From: an uncultured Lachnospiraceae bacterium
Lineage (GTDB): Bacteria > Bacillota > Clostridia > Lachnospirales > Lachnospiraceae
Direction of reading: 5' to 3'
DNA: 64,000 bases
Assembly: GCA_910588535.1 (NCBI GenBank)
Contig: CAJUOO010000002.1
Span: 47,176-111,175, forward strand
A program made the position numbers and the translations under genes. The notes under the pieces are model-generated. The model ran no database searches. It was not told where the DNA came from and saw only the letters and a list, made by a program, of their open reading frames with translations. Below, piece by piece: positions 1 through 8,297 of this stretch; the first letter of the stretch is position 1, and the number at the start of each line of letters is the position of its first letter.

Positions 1-190
1 TCAGCCAGCCCCATTCCCCTGCGGATAAACTGCTGCAATTATGGTTCGCAAAAACGCAATATAATCCCTGCTTCACCACAAGCTGGCAGGCTTCCCCCAC
101 AATCTGCGCTGCTGCCAGTTCCCCCGATACCAGATATTGCCGATAATTCTTTACTTCCTGTTCCATCCGTCTTAAAACATTTTCTCTCAT
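1..190 (-). CDS. hypothetical protein, N-terminal 63 codons only (gene runs off the window start); probably mobile-element associated
   Basis: ATG at 190-188 with SD GGAAGGAG 6 nt upstream. The frame stays open to position 1. It directly follows the Cys-rich gene in the same orientation. Confidence 0.5.
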   Translation of the reverse strand, partial: MRENVLRRMEQEVKNYRQYLVSGELAAAQIVGEACQLVVKQGLYCVFANHNCSSLSAGEWGWL

Positions 191-203
191 AAAGTTCTCC
201 TTC

Positions 204-392
204 CTATGCCCCGCATTCTTCATAAAGAGGGCAGTCACAACAATAGTCATAGTCACATTCCGCACCTGTCAGAAAACCATACTGCACAATCGGCATACAG
301 GTGTTCAGATACAGGCTGCACCTTCCGCAAGCCCCAGGCATTTCAGGCGTTACGGGCTTCCCCTGTAATAAGCAGTTCTCCATCCCATTCAT
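204..392 (-). CDS. small cysteine-rich protein of the kind carried by Firmicutes conjugative elements
   Basis: 62-aa ORF with 9 Cys, including GACGRC and CCDC clusters. The internal ATG at 383 (M4) has better SD spacing. The family call is from memory. Confidence 0.55.
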   Translation of the reverse strand: MNGMENCLLQGKPVTPEMPGACGRCSLYLNTCMPIVQYGFLTGAECDYDYCCDCPLYEECGA

Positions 393-435
393 CTCCTTTC
401 CTTAAAAAATGGCAAAAAAATAAGACCTATGGGGG

Positions 436-1440
436 TTACACTATTTCCACACGGTCATATGCCCTGCTGTAAAAATACACATTGTCGGATAAGACTTCTT
501 CCTCCGCAACCTCGGAACCGTTGATTCCCTGAACCATCATTTTCATGTATTCAACATCCATGTCCTCCGTGTCAGGGAGAAAGATAAGCTCATGTATAGA
601 GGACGGGAGAATGTAAAAATCAGAACCGATACACTCCGCAAAATCCCTTAACAGGTTCGGGTACAGAAGGACGGATGCGCCGTTAAGCCTGTCATGATTG
701 GAAGCCACATACATAGGAAACACATCTTCCGTTACCGCTGGCATATCATAAAATTCTCCTGAATCACCAGCATCCAGCATATCCTCCATCATTTCCACCA
801 TCACGCTTTCCATGGACTGCACCCTGCCCCTGAAAATACGCTGCGTGTTCTCCATGGCGATAGGATAGATTGTCTGCGTATCGGTTCCCCATGCATCCAT
901 AAAACTATTTCTTACAAGGATTGTGCCTGCATCTTTATGCCCCCTTGACACCAGAATGTAAAAGACAACGGCAAGGTCATGGTACGGGATATAAGGGATG
1001 CCTGAAAGCAATTCCCTGTTCCGCTCCGCATTTACCAGCTTGAAGCATATCCTTTCTTTCGCACGGTTGAAGTCTGTTACCATCCTGCTGTCAAATCCCC
1101 GTACCGCCTTGCCCTGCTCATATAAGCGCATAATTTCCTTACATACCGCTTCCATTGTCATGCCGTCCTGATATTCTTCAAACAGGCTTTCAAGGTAGAT
1201 GGTCGGGGCTATGTTGATAACCTTCTCACGGATGGCAAGCCCTGTTAAATGTGTGCCGTTGTTCTTCGTCACTGGCTGGATGCTGATGCTATACCCGCTG
1301 CCATAGACCGCCTCCATTGCGCTCTTTACTGTCCCTGCAAATGCCTCCATAGTCCTGATTGTACCGTCTGCCATGATTATGCGTCCTCCTTCGTTGTTCG
1401 AATTGCTGTTAGCTGCTCCGTTATTCTTTGCGTTGTTCAT
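436..1440 (-). CDS. DUF5688-like protein (ICE accessory/leading-region protein)
   Basis: 334 aa with SD AAAGGAG 9 nt upstream of the ATG. It has an Asn/Gly-rich N-terminus followed by a globular domain. The resemblance to DUF5688 is recalled, not searched. Confidence 0.6.
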   Translation of the reverse strand: MNNAKNNGAANSNSNNEGGRIIMADGTIRTMEAFAGTVKSAMEAVYGSGYSISIQPVTKNNGTHLTGLAIREKVINIAPTIYLESLFEEYQDGMTMEAVCKEIMRLYEQGKAVRGFDSRMVTDFNRAKERICFKLVNAERNRELLSGIPYIPYHDLAVVFYILVSRGHKDAGTILVRNSFMDAWGTDTQTIYPIAMENTQRIFRGRVQSMESVMVEMMEDMLDAGDSGEFYDMPAVTEDVFPMYVASNHDRLNGASVLLYPNLLRDFAECIGSDFYILPSSIHELIFLPDTEDMDVEYMKMMVQGINGSEVAEEEVLSDNVYFYSRAYDRVEIV

Positions 1441-1731
1441 AGTGATAATCTCCTTTTCTTTGATAAAATGTGTTGTCGTGTTCCATATTCAGTTGTAAGC
1501 TGCTGTTTCAGGCACAGCTACCATGGATTCTGCAAGGGAACCACCGCCTTTCCTTTGGATTGTGTACAAAAATAGAACAGTTTTATGACTTGTTCAGGTC
1601 AAATAAAAAAGACACCAAGATTTCTCCTGATGCCTTAAATACTCTGATATATAGACCCGTGGGGTTCCGAACGAAAAACTTCTGTAAAAGTTAAAAGCGG
1701 GAACCGAACGGAAAATATATCTGAAAATTTC

Positions 1732-2475
1732 CTATATAACGGGCGTTGCCACACCCATGTTTACATATGTATAATCCACAATAATAATCAAATGGTCATA
1801 CACTACTATCGTGAAAGTCGCTGCCTTATTCCCATCCTCTTTTATTATTATGAATTGCATGGGCGTACAAACCATAGTACCCAGATTATAATATGACTTT
1901 TGCAGACAATCCGCTGCTTCATCAAAAAATGGCATACTTAATTCCCTGCTTGGAATACCATTACCATGCTGCCCTGCATACTTGCAAAAAGCATTATAAG
2001 TATTCAGGATATAATAATCCGTACCAGAATAAAGCCTGTAAAAATCTTCTTTATCAGGTATGTACTCCCACCTGTGATAATCAACCCAATTGCAGAAATC
2101 CTTACCGTCTGGCTCACAGTTTATAAGGATTTTATATTCATTGCATACCAGAAAAAGATACTTATATCCTCTGTAGCTTAGTATTTTTAAGCCGTTATCC
2201 TTACTATTGCTGTTGGCAACATGGTAGCTGCCACTTTCCATAAGGGTGACATATTCCGTATCAGATTCAGGAGCACTCTGCGCCACATAATCAATGCTTT
2301 TCCTGATTCGCTCATTTAACGCTCTGGCATCCATATTATCTTGATAAAGTTCCCAATCTATAAACTCTAAAGGAATCTTTTGTCTTTTTATTTTCTCAAA
2401 AACAATATATAAATTTGTACAAACCATAGTTTTTACTTTTCCTACTTTCCATGTACCACTTCCATAAAACATCAC
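1732..2475 (-). CDS. hypothetical protein (AT-rich cargo gene)
   Basis: 247-aa ORF. The start is uncertain; the ATG at 2427 (M17) has a better AGGAAAAG SD. No motif recognised. Confidence 0.55.
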   Translation of the reverse strand: MMFYGSGTWKVGKVKTMVCTNLYIVFEKIKRQKIPLEFIDWELYQDNMDARALNERIRKSIDYVAQSAPESDTEYVTLMESGSYHVANSNSKDNGLKILSYRGYKYLFLVCNEYKILINCEPDGKDFCNWVDYHRWEYIPDKEDFYRLYSGTDYYILNTYNAFCKYAGQHGNGIPSRELSMPFFDEAADCLQKSYYNLGTMVCTPMQFIIIKEDGNKAATFTIVVYDHLIIIVDYTYVNMGVATPVI

Positions 2476-2524
2476 TCAATTTTTTTAGTATTCGTTTTTA
2501 CTAATAATATATGTATACTTCCTT

Positions 2525-3013
2525 TCAAACCTCTCCCCGCAGCATTTTCGATACAAGATATTCTTTTCCAAAAAACTTTTCATAATCTTTCAAGGTATGG
2601 TTACAGTATAATATAGTTTCGGTGATTTGTTTTTCTAGCGCGATAGTATTATTATTCCTAACTCCTGTTTCATTTAAAATTCTTTTTGCGTTTTCGCAAT
2701 GTACTAGTGCATCCTTATGTAACATCTTATATTTCTCAAAAATCATATCATATTTTTCACCATTGCTTTCCTCCCATTTATCAATCAACTCTTTTATATT
2801 ACTGACTCTTCTAGTGGCAGTAGTACCCCAAATAATGCCAAGGCCATATAATTCGTTTCGCATTTCACATAAGTCTGTAAAGAAACGACCAGCTAGACCC
2901 GTTGCTTCTTTTGCTTTATCGTAATGTTCTAAAACTACATTCAACACACTTGGGTCATCTACTTTTTCAATAGTTACATTTATTTTTCCCCACTGTATAT
3001 CTCCCATTGACAT
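2525..3013 (-). CDS. hypothetical helical protein
   Basis: 162-aa ORF with AGGAGGT immediately upstream. The likely start is the third codon, ATG at 3007. It lies 5 nt downstream of the preceding gene. Confidence 0.6.
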   Translation of the reverse strand: MSMGDIQWGKINVTIEKVDDPSVLNVVLEHYDKAKEATGLAGRFFTDLCEMRNELYGLGIIWGTTATRRVSNIKELIDKWEESNGEKYDMIFEKYKMLHKDALVHCENAKRILNETGVRNNNTIALEKQITETILYCNHTLKDYEKFFGKEYLVSKMLRGEV

Positions 3014-3018
3014 ACCTC

Positions 3019-3378
3019 CTAATAATACTGGAACTCATTAACAAGTTCCCCTTTTTTGTCTATTTCATTCAGGATATCTTCATCCACCTGATATGCAGGG
3101 GCTTCTGTTTCATATGTAGCTTTAATAAAATACCTATCCATTGGATTTTTCTTTGTATAAATTACACCGTGGTTGCGAAGCCTATCTCTTATCCTGCTTA
3201 CTGTCACAACCGCCCTCTGCATATTTTTCCTTGCATTAACTCCCAGCATTCTTCCAACCACATCAGCCGCTGTGTTATTCAGCCAATTTGCAATGCTATC
3301 CCAAAATTTGTCTAAAATAACCGCCAATGCAATCCCCACTACAGCTCCAAGTGCTATTCCTGCTACTACATGCCACAT
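3019..3378 (-). CDS. small membrane-anchored protein (one N-terminal TM helix)
   Basis: 119 aa with SD GGGAGG 10 nt upstream. The N-terminus WHVVAGIALGAVVGIALAVIL is hydrophobic and the rest is soluble. Confidence 0.65.
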   Translation of the reverse strand: MWHVVAGIALGAVVGIALAVILDKFWDSIANWLNNTAADVVGRMLGVNARKNMQRAVVTVSRIRDRLRNHGVIYTKKNPMDRYFIKATYETEAPAYQVDEDILNEIDKKGELVNEFQYY

Positions 3379-3486
3379 AATGTATCTACCTCCCTATCTT
3401 ATATATTTTCTTAATTCCGAGTCATTTATTATAAATCTGGCAAATATGGATTATCTTTTTGCACTCCATATTTTAAACTTATGTCT

Positions 3487-4344
3487 TTATTCAGAACAAC
3501 GAGCTATTGTCGCATATATTTCCTTTTCAGTTTCTTTATCACCACCCGCATATTCTAACGCATAATTTGCTACTTCTATTGCTTTATCTTTTTCTCCGCA
3601 TTCTTCATATATTATAGACATCCATCGATAACAAAAACATGCCATTGTCCGCCAATATGGAATGCCCCTCGATAGATTATCTCCTTGATTATTAGAGAGA
3701 ATCCTCTCTACAGATTCCAGACAAAGATTTGAATATCTTATTACCTCTCGACCATGACCTTCTAAATCAGATTCAGACAATTCAAATTCTGAATTTGACA
3801 TTAGACTAAAGCATTCTGCAATCTCACCATCAGATTCAGCATAATCCAAAGCAGATTGCACCATTTTTAATTCATTATGAAAATCCTTATAATTACCATA
3901 CAGTCTCCCCATATTTATATAATAAGTCCAATGGTCTCTACTCGTCTCTGCGAACCTAAATCCCGCTTTCCATACTTTCATAGCATTTTCAGGCATATTC
4001 ATTCCCATATAACACACGCCCAAATCGTTATGACATAAGAACCTCTGTGTATGAGCACCATAATAATTAGTGCAATATTCTATCGCTTTCGAAAATTCTA
4101 TAACAACTTTCGCATCATTCATCTCCGATAAACTTCGCGCCATCAAATAGTGTCCCCAAAATTTATCAGCATCCGTTTTTGCAAACCACAAAACTTTCTT
4201 TGCCGCATTTAATGCCCCCTTATAATCTGCGCTATTATAAAGAGTCATCGCTTTATCTACTGCGTTTAACAGTGCCTTTCCAGGTGTTCCTTCATATTTG
4301 GTTTCTATGCTTTTTATGGTAACATTCGACCATTCCATTTCCAT
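3487..4344 (-). CDS. tetratricopeptide-repeat protein (operon gene E)
   Basis: 285 aa with repeated ~34-aa A/Y/G-patterned helical pairs (e.g. GHYLMARSLSEMNDAKVVIEFSKAIEY). It starts 6 nt after the stop of gene D. Confidence 0.75.
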   Translation of the reverse strand: MEMEWSNVTIKSIETKYEGTPGKALLNAVDKAMTLYNSADYKGALNAAKKVLWFAKTDADKFWGHYLMARSLSEMNDAKVVIEFSKAIEYCTNYYGAHTQRFLCHNDLGVCYMGMNMPENAMKVWKAGFRFAETSRDHWTYYINMGRLYGNYKDFHNELKMVQSALDYAESDGEIAECFSLMSNSEFELSESDLEGHGREVIRYSNLCLESVERILSNNQGDNLSRGIPYWRTMACFCYRWMSIIYEECGEKDKAIEVANYALEYAGGDKETEKEIYATIARCSE

Positions 4345-4350
4345 AATTTA

Positions 4351-5115
4351 TCATTTCCTCTCTTTCATCCCTCGTTCCGATACTGCATAACCTAATAAAT
4401 TCTGTATTCTATGGGGTGCATACGGTACAATTTCATCTGCCTTAGTATAATTGAGTACCATATCATCCAGCCTGTTTATCTCGGATGCCTGACTGATAAA
4501 CTCCTTCACGTCCACCTGTTCTGCCAACATTATGCTGTTCAGTACCATTTTCAGGATTGCATCAACAGAGCTTTTCACGCTCCCACACATCAGATATGCA
4601 AAATTATCAGCGGAATAATTCGCAAGCCTGTACCAGTGGTAGAATGACAGTTTTGACGATTTTTCAAACTGGTCTGGTGCCATCTGGTGAATAACTTTAA
4701 ATCGTTCCTCCATCATAGTACGCTGCTTTGTCACGCCATCCGCAATCTTATATATCTCCCTTGCCAATACAAATTGCAGCTCCCTATCCGTAAAATCCTG
4801 TATGGTCTTTGCGGAAAGCTCTATCCAGAAATTGCTGATTCCATAGCTCTCTGCGCCGTAATAATAATCCTCATAGACATACACGGTCGGGCTGCTTATC
4901 CCTGCTGCCCCTGCCATATCTCTAACCATCTGGAACACTCTGGGAAACTGTTTTTCCGATACCCTTACTGTCTTCCCAAGGAAATCAGGCAGCTTTATCT
5001 TATAGTCGATTTCGTCATAAACCTTCTCGAAATCCTCCTGAAACATCACACCGCCCTCATACTGGCTGTATGCTTTATCCTGCCCTGCATGGATAAACGC
5101 CGAACGTTCCATCAT
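4351..5115 (-). CDS. M48 (HtpX/Ste24)-fold protein lacking the HExxH zinc site (operon gene D, pseudo-peptidase)
   Basis: 254 aa. The region PTVYVYED...NFWIELSAKTIQDFTDRELQFVLAREIYKIADG follows the M48 pattern, but HExxH reads AREIYK. There is an ATGA overlap with gene C. Confidence 0.6.
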   Translation of the reverse strand: MMERSAFIHAGQDKAYSQYEGGVMFQEDFEKVYDEIDYKIKLPDFLGKTVRVSEKQFPRVFQMVRDMAGAAGISSPTVYVYEDYYYGAESYGISNFWIELSAKTIQDFTDRELQFVLAREIYKIADGVTKQRTMMEERFKVIHQMAPDQFEKSSKLSFYHWYRLANYSADNFAYLMCGSVKSSVDAILKMVLNSIMLAEQVDVKEFISQASEINRLDDMVLNYTKADEIVPYAPHRIQNLLGYAVSERGMKERK

Positions 5116-5777
5116 ATATACACATACACCTCCGTATCTCCCAGAACTGCAAGCACTTCCCCCACAACCTCACGGCATCTTGTTTCTCCCGTTTCCCTGT
5201 AGCATGACTGCAACGCTTCCAATGCCTCCATATCATCAGGGATGAATTGCAGCGCATAGGTTAGGAACGGAACCGCTTTCTTGTACAGCCCTTTCCCTGA
5301 CAGCAGCATTCCGAACACTTTATTTGCAAGGAAATGTCCCTCCACGCTCCCATGCTCCCGAAAATACGCCTCCATCAGCTCAAATGCCTTGTCCTTATGC
5401 CCTGCATGGTATTCCTGCAATCCCTGAATACACTCCATGAACACAAAATTATGACCATCTGCCATCTTCACACAGTCACCCAGATTTTTGAAACTGTTGG
5501 ATGCAAGGAACACCATGCGGTACAATAGCTGCTCCCTCTGCGCCATCAGTTCTGACCTGTGCTTTTTCCCATAGTCCGAATTGTCCTGTATCTCAATGCT
5601 GGTCTTTACTTCGCCCTCAATCCGCTTTAGCTCCTTCTGGATGCGGCTTATCTGTGTCTGCATATAGCCTGTGTCATAAAAATGTGTTTCTTCTATGACT
5701 TTTTCCGTTGCCCCTGATAATGCATTGACAAATCCCATCTCTGCCTTGCGGTACATTGTCACGGTTTTTTCAATCAT
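5112..5777 (-). CDS. coiled-coil / TPR-like helical protein (operon gene C)
   Basis: 221 aa with SD AGGAGGG inside the end of gene B. The N-terminal part is a charged helical segment and the C-terminal part has TPR-like repeats. Confidence 0.65.
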   Translation of the reverse strand: MIEKTVTMYRKAEMGFVNALSGATEKVIEETHFYDTGYMQTQISRIQKELKRIEGEVKTSIEIQDNSDYGKKHRSELMAQREQLLYRMVFLASNSFKNLGDCVKMADGHNFVFMECIQGLQEYHAGHKDKAFELMEAYFREHGSVEGHFLANKVFGMLLSGKGLYKKAVPFLTYALQFIPDDMEALEALQSCYRETGETRCREVVGEVLAVLGDTEVYVYI

Positions 5778-5780
5778 CCC

Positions 5781-6953
5781 TTATCCCTCCTGACCGCTTA
5801 TCTCTTTCTGGTACTGTTCCTCGGTAATGGTTTCCGTGGATACTACCTGAAACCCTCCCGTCCCGCTTTTATCCTCATAACGTTCTCGGATAACATGGTA
5901 GGCATAATCAAACACAGAAAAATCCAGCATTTCCTTTTCCTGCTCCAATGCATACAGGGCAGCATAAAATACCATATCCTTGATATCTGCCCCTGAAATG
6001 CCCCCATAACGCCCTGCAAGGCTGTCTGCTGTGACTTCCCCCTGCAATGGCATTCTCGCCCCTAAATGCAGCTTCCAGATAGCTTCCCGCGCCTCCCTGT
6101 CTGGCATATCGAAATAAACGCTCAACAGGATTCTCCGCTTGAACGCCTCGTCATAATTGCTGATAAGGTTTGTTGTAAAGACCACGACACCCACAAACTT
6201 TTCCAGTTCCATCAAAAGTACGCTTCTGGTGATGTTCACCCCATAATCCGCTGACTGCGTGACGGATGTAAGCCGTTTCCCCAGAAAGGAATCCGCTTCA
6301 TCAAATACCAGCACCGCATCATCCCTTGTGGCGCACTCAAAAGCCTTTCGGATGTTCTTGGGCGTTTCCCCAACATACTTTGATTCCAGCTCCGAATAAT
6401 TGATGTGGTACACTTTCTTGCCTAGAGCCTGTGCGACCGCCTCCGCTGTCATGCTCTTGCCTGTCCCAGCTTTACCATAAAAATTGAGGATGATAGCCCT
6501 GCTGCCATTAAAATATTCTGACATCCCCCATTCCTCGGACATCTTCTTCCTGTGCCTGACCGCTGATATGGCTGTCCTGACCTTCTCCCTGACTTCCTCA
6601 TTCAATGCGACCTGTCCCAGCGAAAACCTCGGTTCGTAGCTCTCTATGATTTCCTGTGCTGGCTCCTGCTGCCCCTGCTTATCATTATCAGATATAGCCC
6701 TGCTGCCCGACTTTCGGATGATGATTTCATCTGGTACGGGGTTGTATCTGGAACAGTTGCCCTTGACCGCCTTTGCCATCTGTTCCAGCATATTGTCAAT
6801 CAGTATCTCGTCCAGCAGTTCCTCTTTCCCGTTTACCTCCCCCGTAAAGACATCCTGCAAATGGAAGCTCACTGTCCTGCCCCCTATGGAACAGTATTTT
6901 GTAATCCCTGCTGCCTTTATGTTCTGTACATCTGGTTCTCTTTTCTGTTTCAT
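5781..6953 (-). CDS. classical-clade AAA+ ATPase with ~150-aa N-terminal non-ATPase domain (operon gene B)
   Basis: Walker A is GKAGTGKS and Walker B is LVFDEAD. It also has the ESKYVGETPKNIRKAF and FKRR motifs. There is an ATGA overlap with gene A. Confidence 0.9.
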   Translation of the reverse strand: MKQKREPDVQNIKAAGITKYCSIGGRTVSFHLQDVFTGEVNGKEELLDEILIDNMLEQMAKAVKGNCSRYNPVPDEIIIRKSGSRAISDNDKQGQQEPAQEIIESYEPRFSLGQVALNEEVREKVRTAISAVRHRKKMSEEWGMSEYFNGSRAIILNFYGKAGTGKSMTAEAVAQALGKKVYHINYSELESKYVGETPKNIRKAFECATRDDAVLVFDEADSFLGKRLTSVTQSADYGVNITRSVLLMELEKFVGVVVFTTNLISNYDEAFKRRILLSVYFDMPDREAREAIWKLHLGARMPLQGEVTADSLAGRYGGISGADIKDMVFYAALYALEQEKEMLDFSVFDYAYHVIRERYEDKSGTGGFQVVSTETITEEQYQKEISGQEG

Positions 6954-7204
6954 TTCTTCCCGCCTTTCCCGAATATCAAAGGTACGGCATTGGGGTTTCT
7001 GGCAAAATAGCCTGTTGCCCTGTTGATGGCTGTATTACCGTCACCATCACGCCAATATCCCGCTACGGATGTACCGTCTTTCCGCATATATGCGCTTACA
7101 TTGTGTGGATGGACATAATGCGCTGGCGTGAGTGTGGTAAACTGCCTCCCCCTGCCACTGAATGTATTGATTGCATAAGGCTGGAATGTCGTTTCCCCTA
7201 ACAT
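6950..7204 (-). CDS. small soluble protein, Gly/Arg/aromatic rich (operon gene A)
   Basis: The track ORF starts at a GTG (7213). The ATG at 7204 has SD GGAAAGG about 8 nt upstream. Motif: YMRKDGTSVAGYWRDGDG. No TM segment or signal peptide. Confidence 0.6.
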   Translation of the reverse strand: MLGETTFQPYAINTFSGRGRQFTTLTPAHYVHPHNVSAYMRKDGTSVAGYWRDGDGNTAINRATGYFARNPNAVPLIFGKGGKK

Positions 7205-7232
7205 ATCTTTCACCTTTCCTGTCCGCTACAGT

Positions 7233-7255
7233 CTGTATCTTATTTTTCGATACAG
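7233..7255. promoter_or_regulatory. inverted repeat CTGTATC-N9-GATACAG in the divergent promoter region (possible operator)
   Basis: A perfect 7-bp inverted repeat lies between the first gene of the minus-strand operon and the XRE gene. Confidence 0.3.
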
Positions 7256-7357
7256 CTACACATATATTAACATATTAATAACTAAAATGCTACATCATGT
7301 TACATTTTTCTATGTTATGCCAAATAAAATTTTTATAAATGGAAGGTGGATAAGGAT

Positions 7358-7786
7358 ATGAAGGAACGGCTGCTCCCTGAAAAACTGAAAGAACTGCGGA
7401 AAGCGCACAACTACACACAGGATTATGTGGCTGCTGCCCTCGGTGTTGTGAGGCAGACCTACAGCCATTATGAATCTGGCAGAAGGACACCAAGCCCCGA
7501 CATCCTCTATAAGCTGGCTGGGCTTTACAATATCACCGTGGATGATTTGATGCAGCTCACGATTGAATTAGACCGCAATGTCTACTATGATGCACCAGCA
7601 CCCACACAATCCAGTGAGGATTTAGCTGGGTTCCTCGAATACTTCAACAGCCCGAACAACAAAAAGAAATACCAGCTTTTCAACAATCTGGAAAAAGAGC
7701 TGCTGTATTATTTTGAGAAGATATCAGAGGATGATAAGAGGGAAATCATAGAGTTTACGAAAATCAAAGCACATAAGAACAGATAA
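7358..7786 (+). CDS. XRE-family helix-turn-helix transcriptional regulator
   Basis: The HTH signature is LKELRKAHNYTQDYVAAALGVVRQTYSHYESGRRTP. The ATG at 7358 is preferred over the GTG at 7346 (SD GGAAGGTGG). Confidence 0.85.
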   Translation: MKERLLPEKLKELRKAHNYTQDYVAAALGVVRQTYSHYESGRRTPSPDILYKLAGLYNITVDDLMQLTIELDRNVYYDAPAPTQSSEDLAGFLEYFNSPNNKKKYQLFNNLEKELLYYFEKISEDDKREIIEFTKIKAHKNR

Positions 7787-7829
7787 CAGCCAAAGTATAG
7801 CATGACCGTACTCTGGCTGTTCTTGTATT
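7785..7829 (+). terminator. possible intrinsic terminator of the XRE gene
   Basis: The stem AACAGCCAAAG / CTCTGGCTGTT has 1 mismatch and is followed by a weak T-rich tail, CTTGTATT. Confidence 0.35.
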
Positions 7830-8297
7830 AAAGCCATATATAGGAAGGGCTGGGTATATATCTTTTTGTTTCTTTAAAGGAAAAGGAGTCGGTTCTCCCA
7901 GAAATTTTCACTGGATTTTCCCCTATACTGCGATTCCAAAAATATATATGCAGATTTTTCTCCCTAAATTGGCAGTTTCTTTAACCTATAACAGCAAAAA
8001 AGATACCATTCATAGAAGTATATCCTATGAATATAGTATCCCTAAGTTAACAATATTGTGTCGTCATCAAGAGAGACAGACTGACATATTATTAAAGAAA
8101 ATATTGCTCTAATCTGCATCCGCTAATCTTCATTGACTTGGCTGCTGCCACGCTATGCTTTGCTACAATATTCTATATTATAATATAATTCGCTAAGATA
8201 TGCTCTGCTCTGCAATATCCACTTTCAAATATACACCAGCCGTCTCTTCTATTAAGATAACACACTCCGCATAAAAAGACAATCAACTAAACAATAT

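Noticed and set aside
1665-1715. Direct repeat CCGAACG(A/G)AAA spaced by 37 bp at the boundary between ICE genes and cargo.
   Set aside because: It is too short to distinguish from chance, and no second feature supports an att or operator role.
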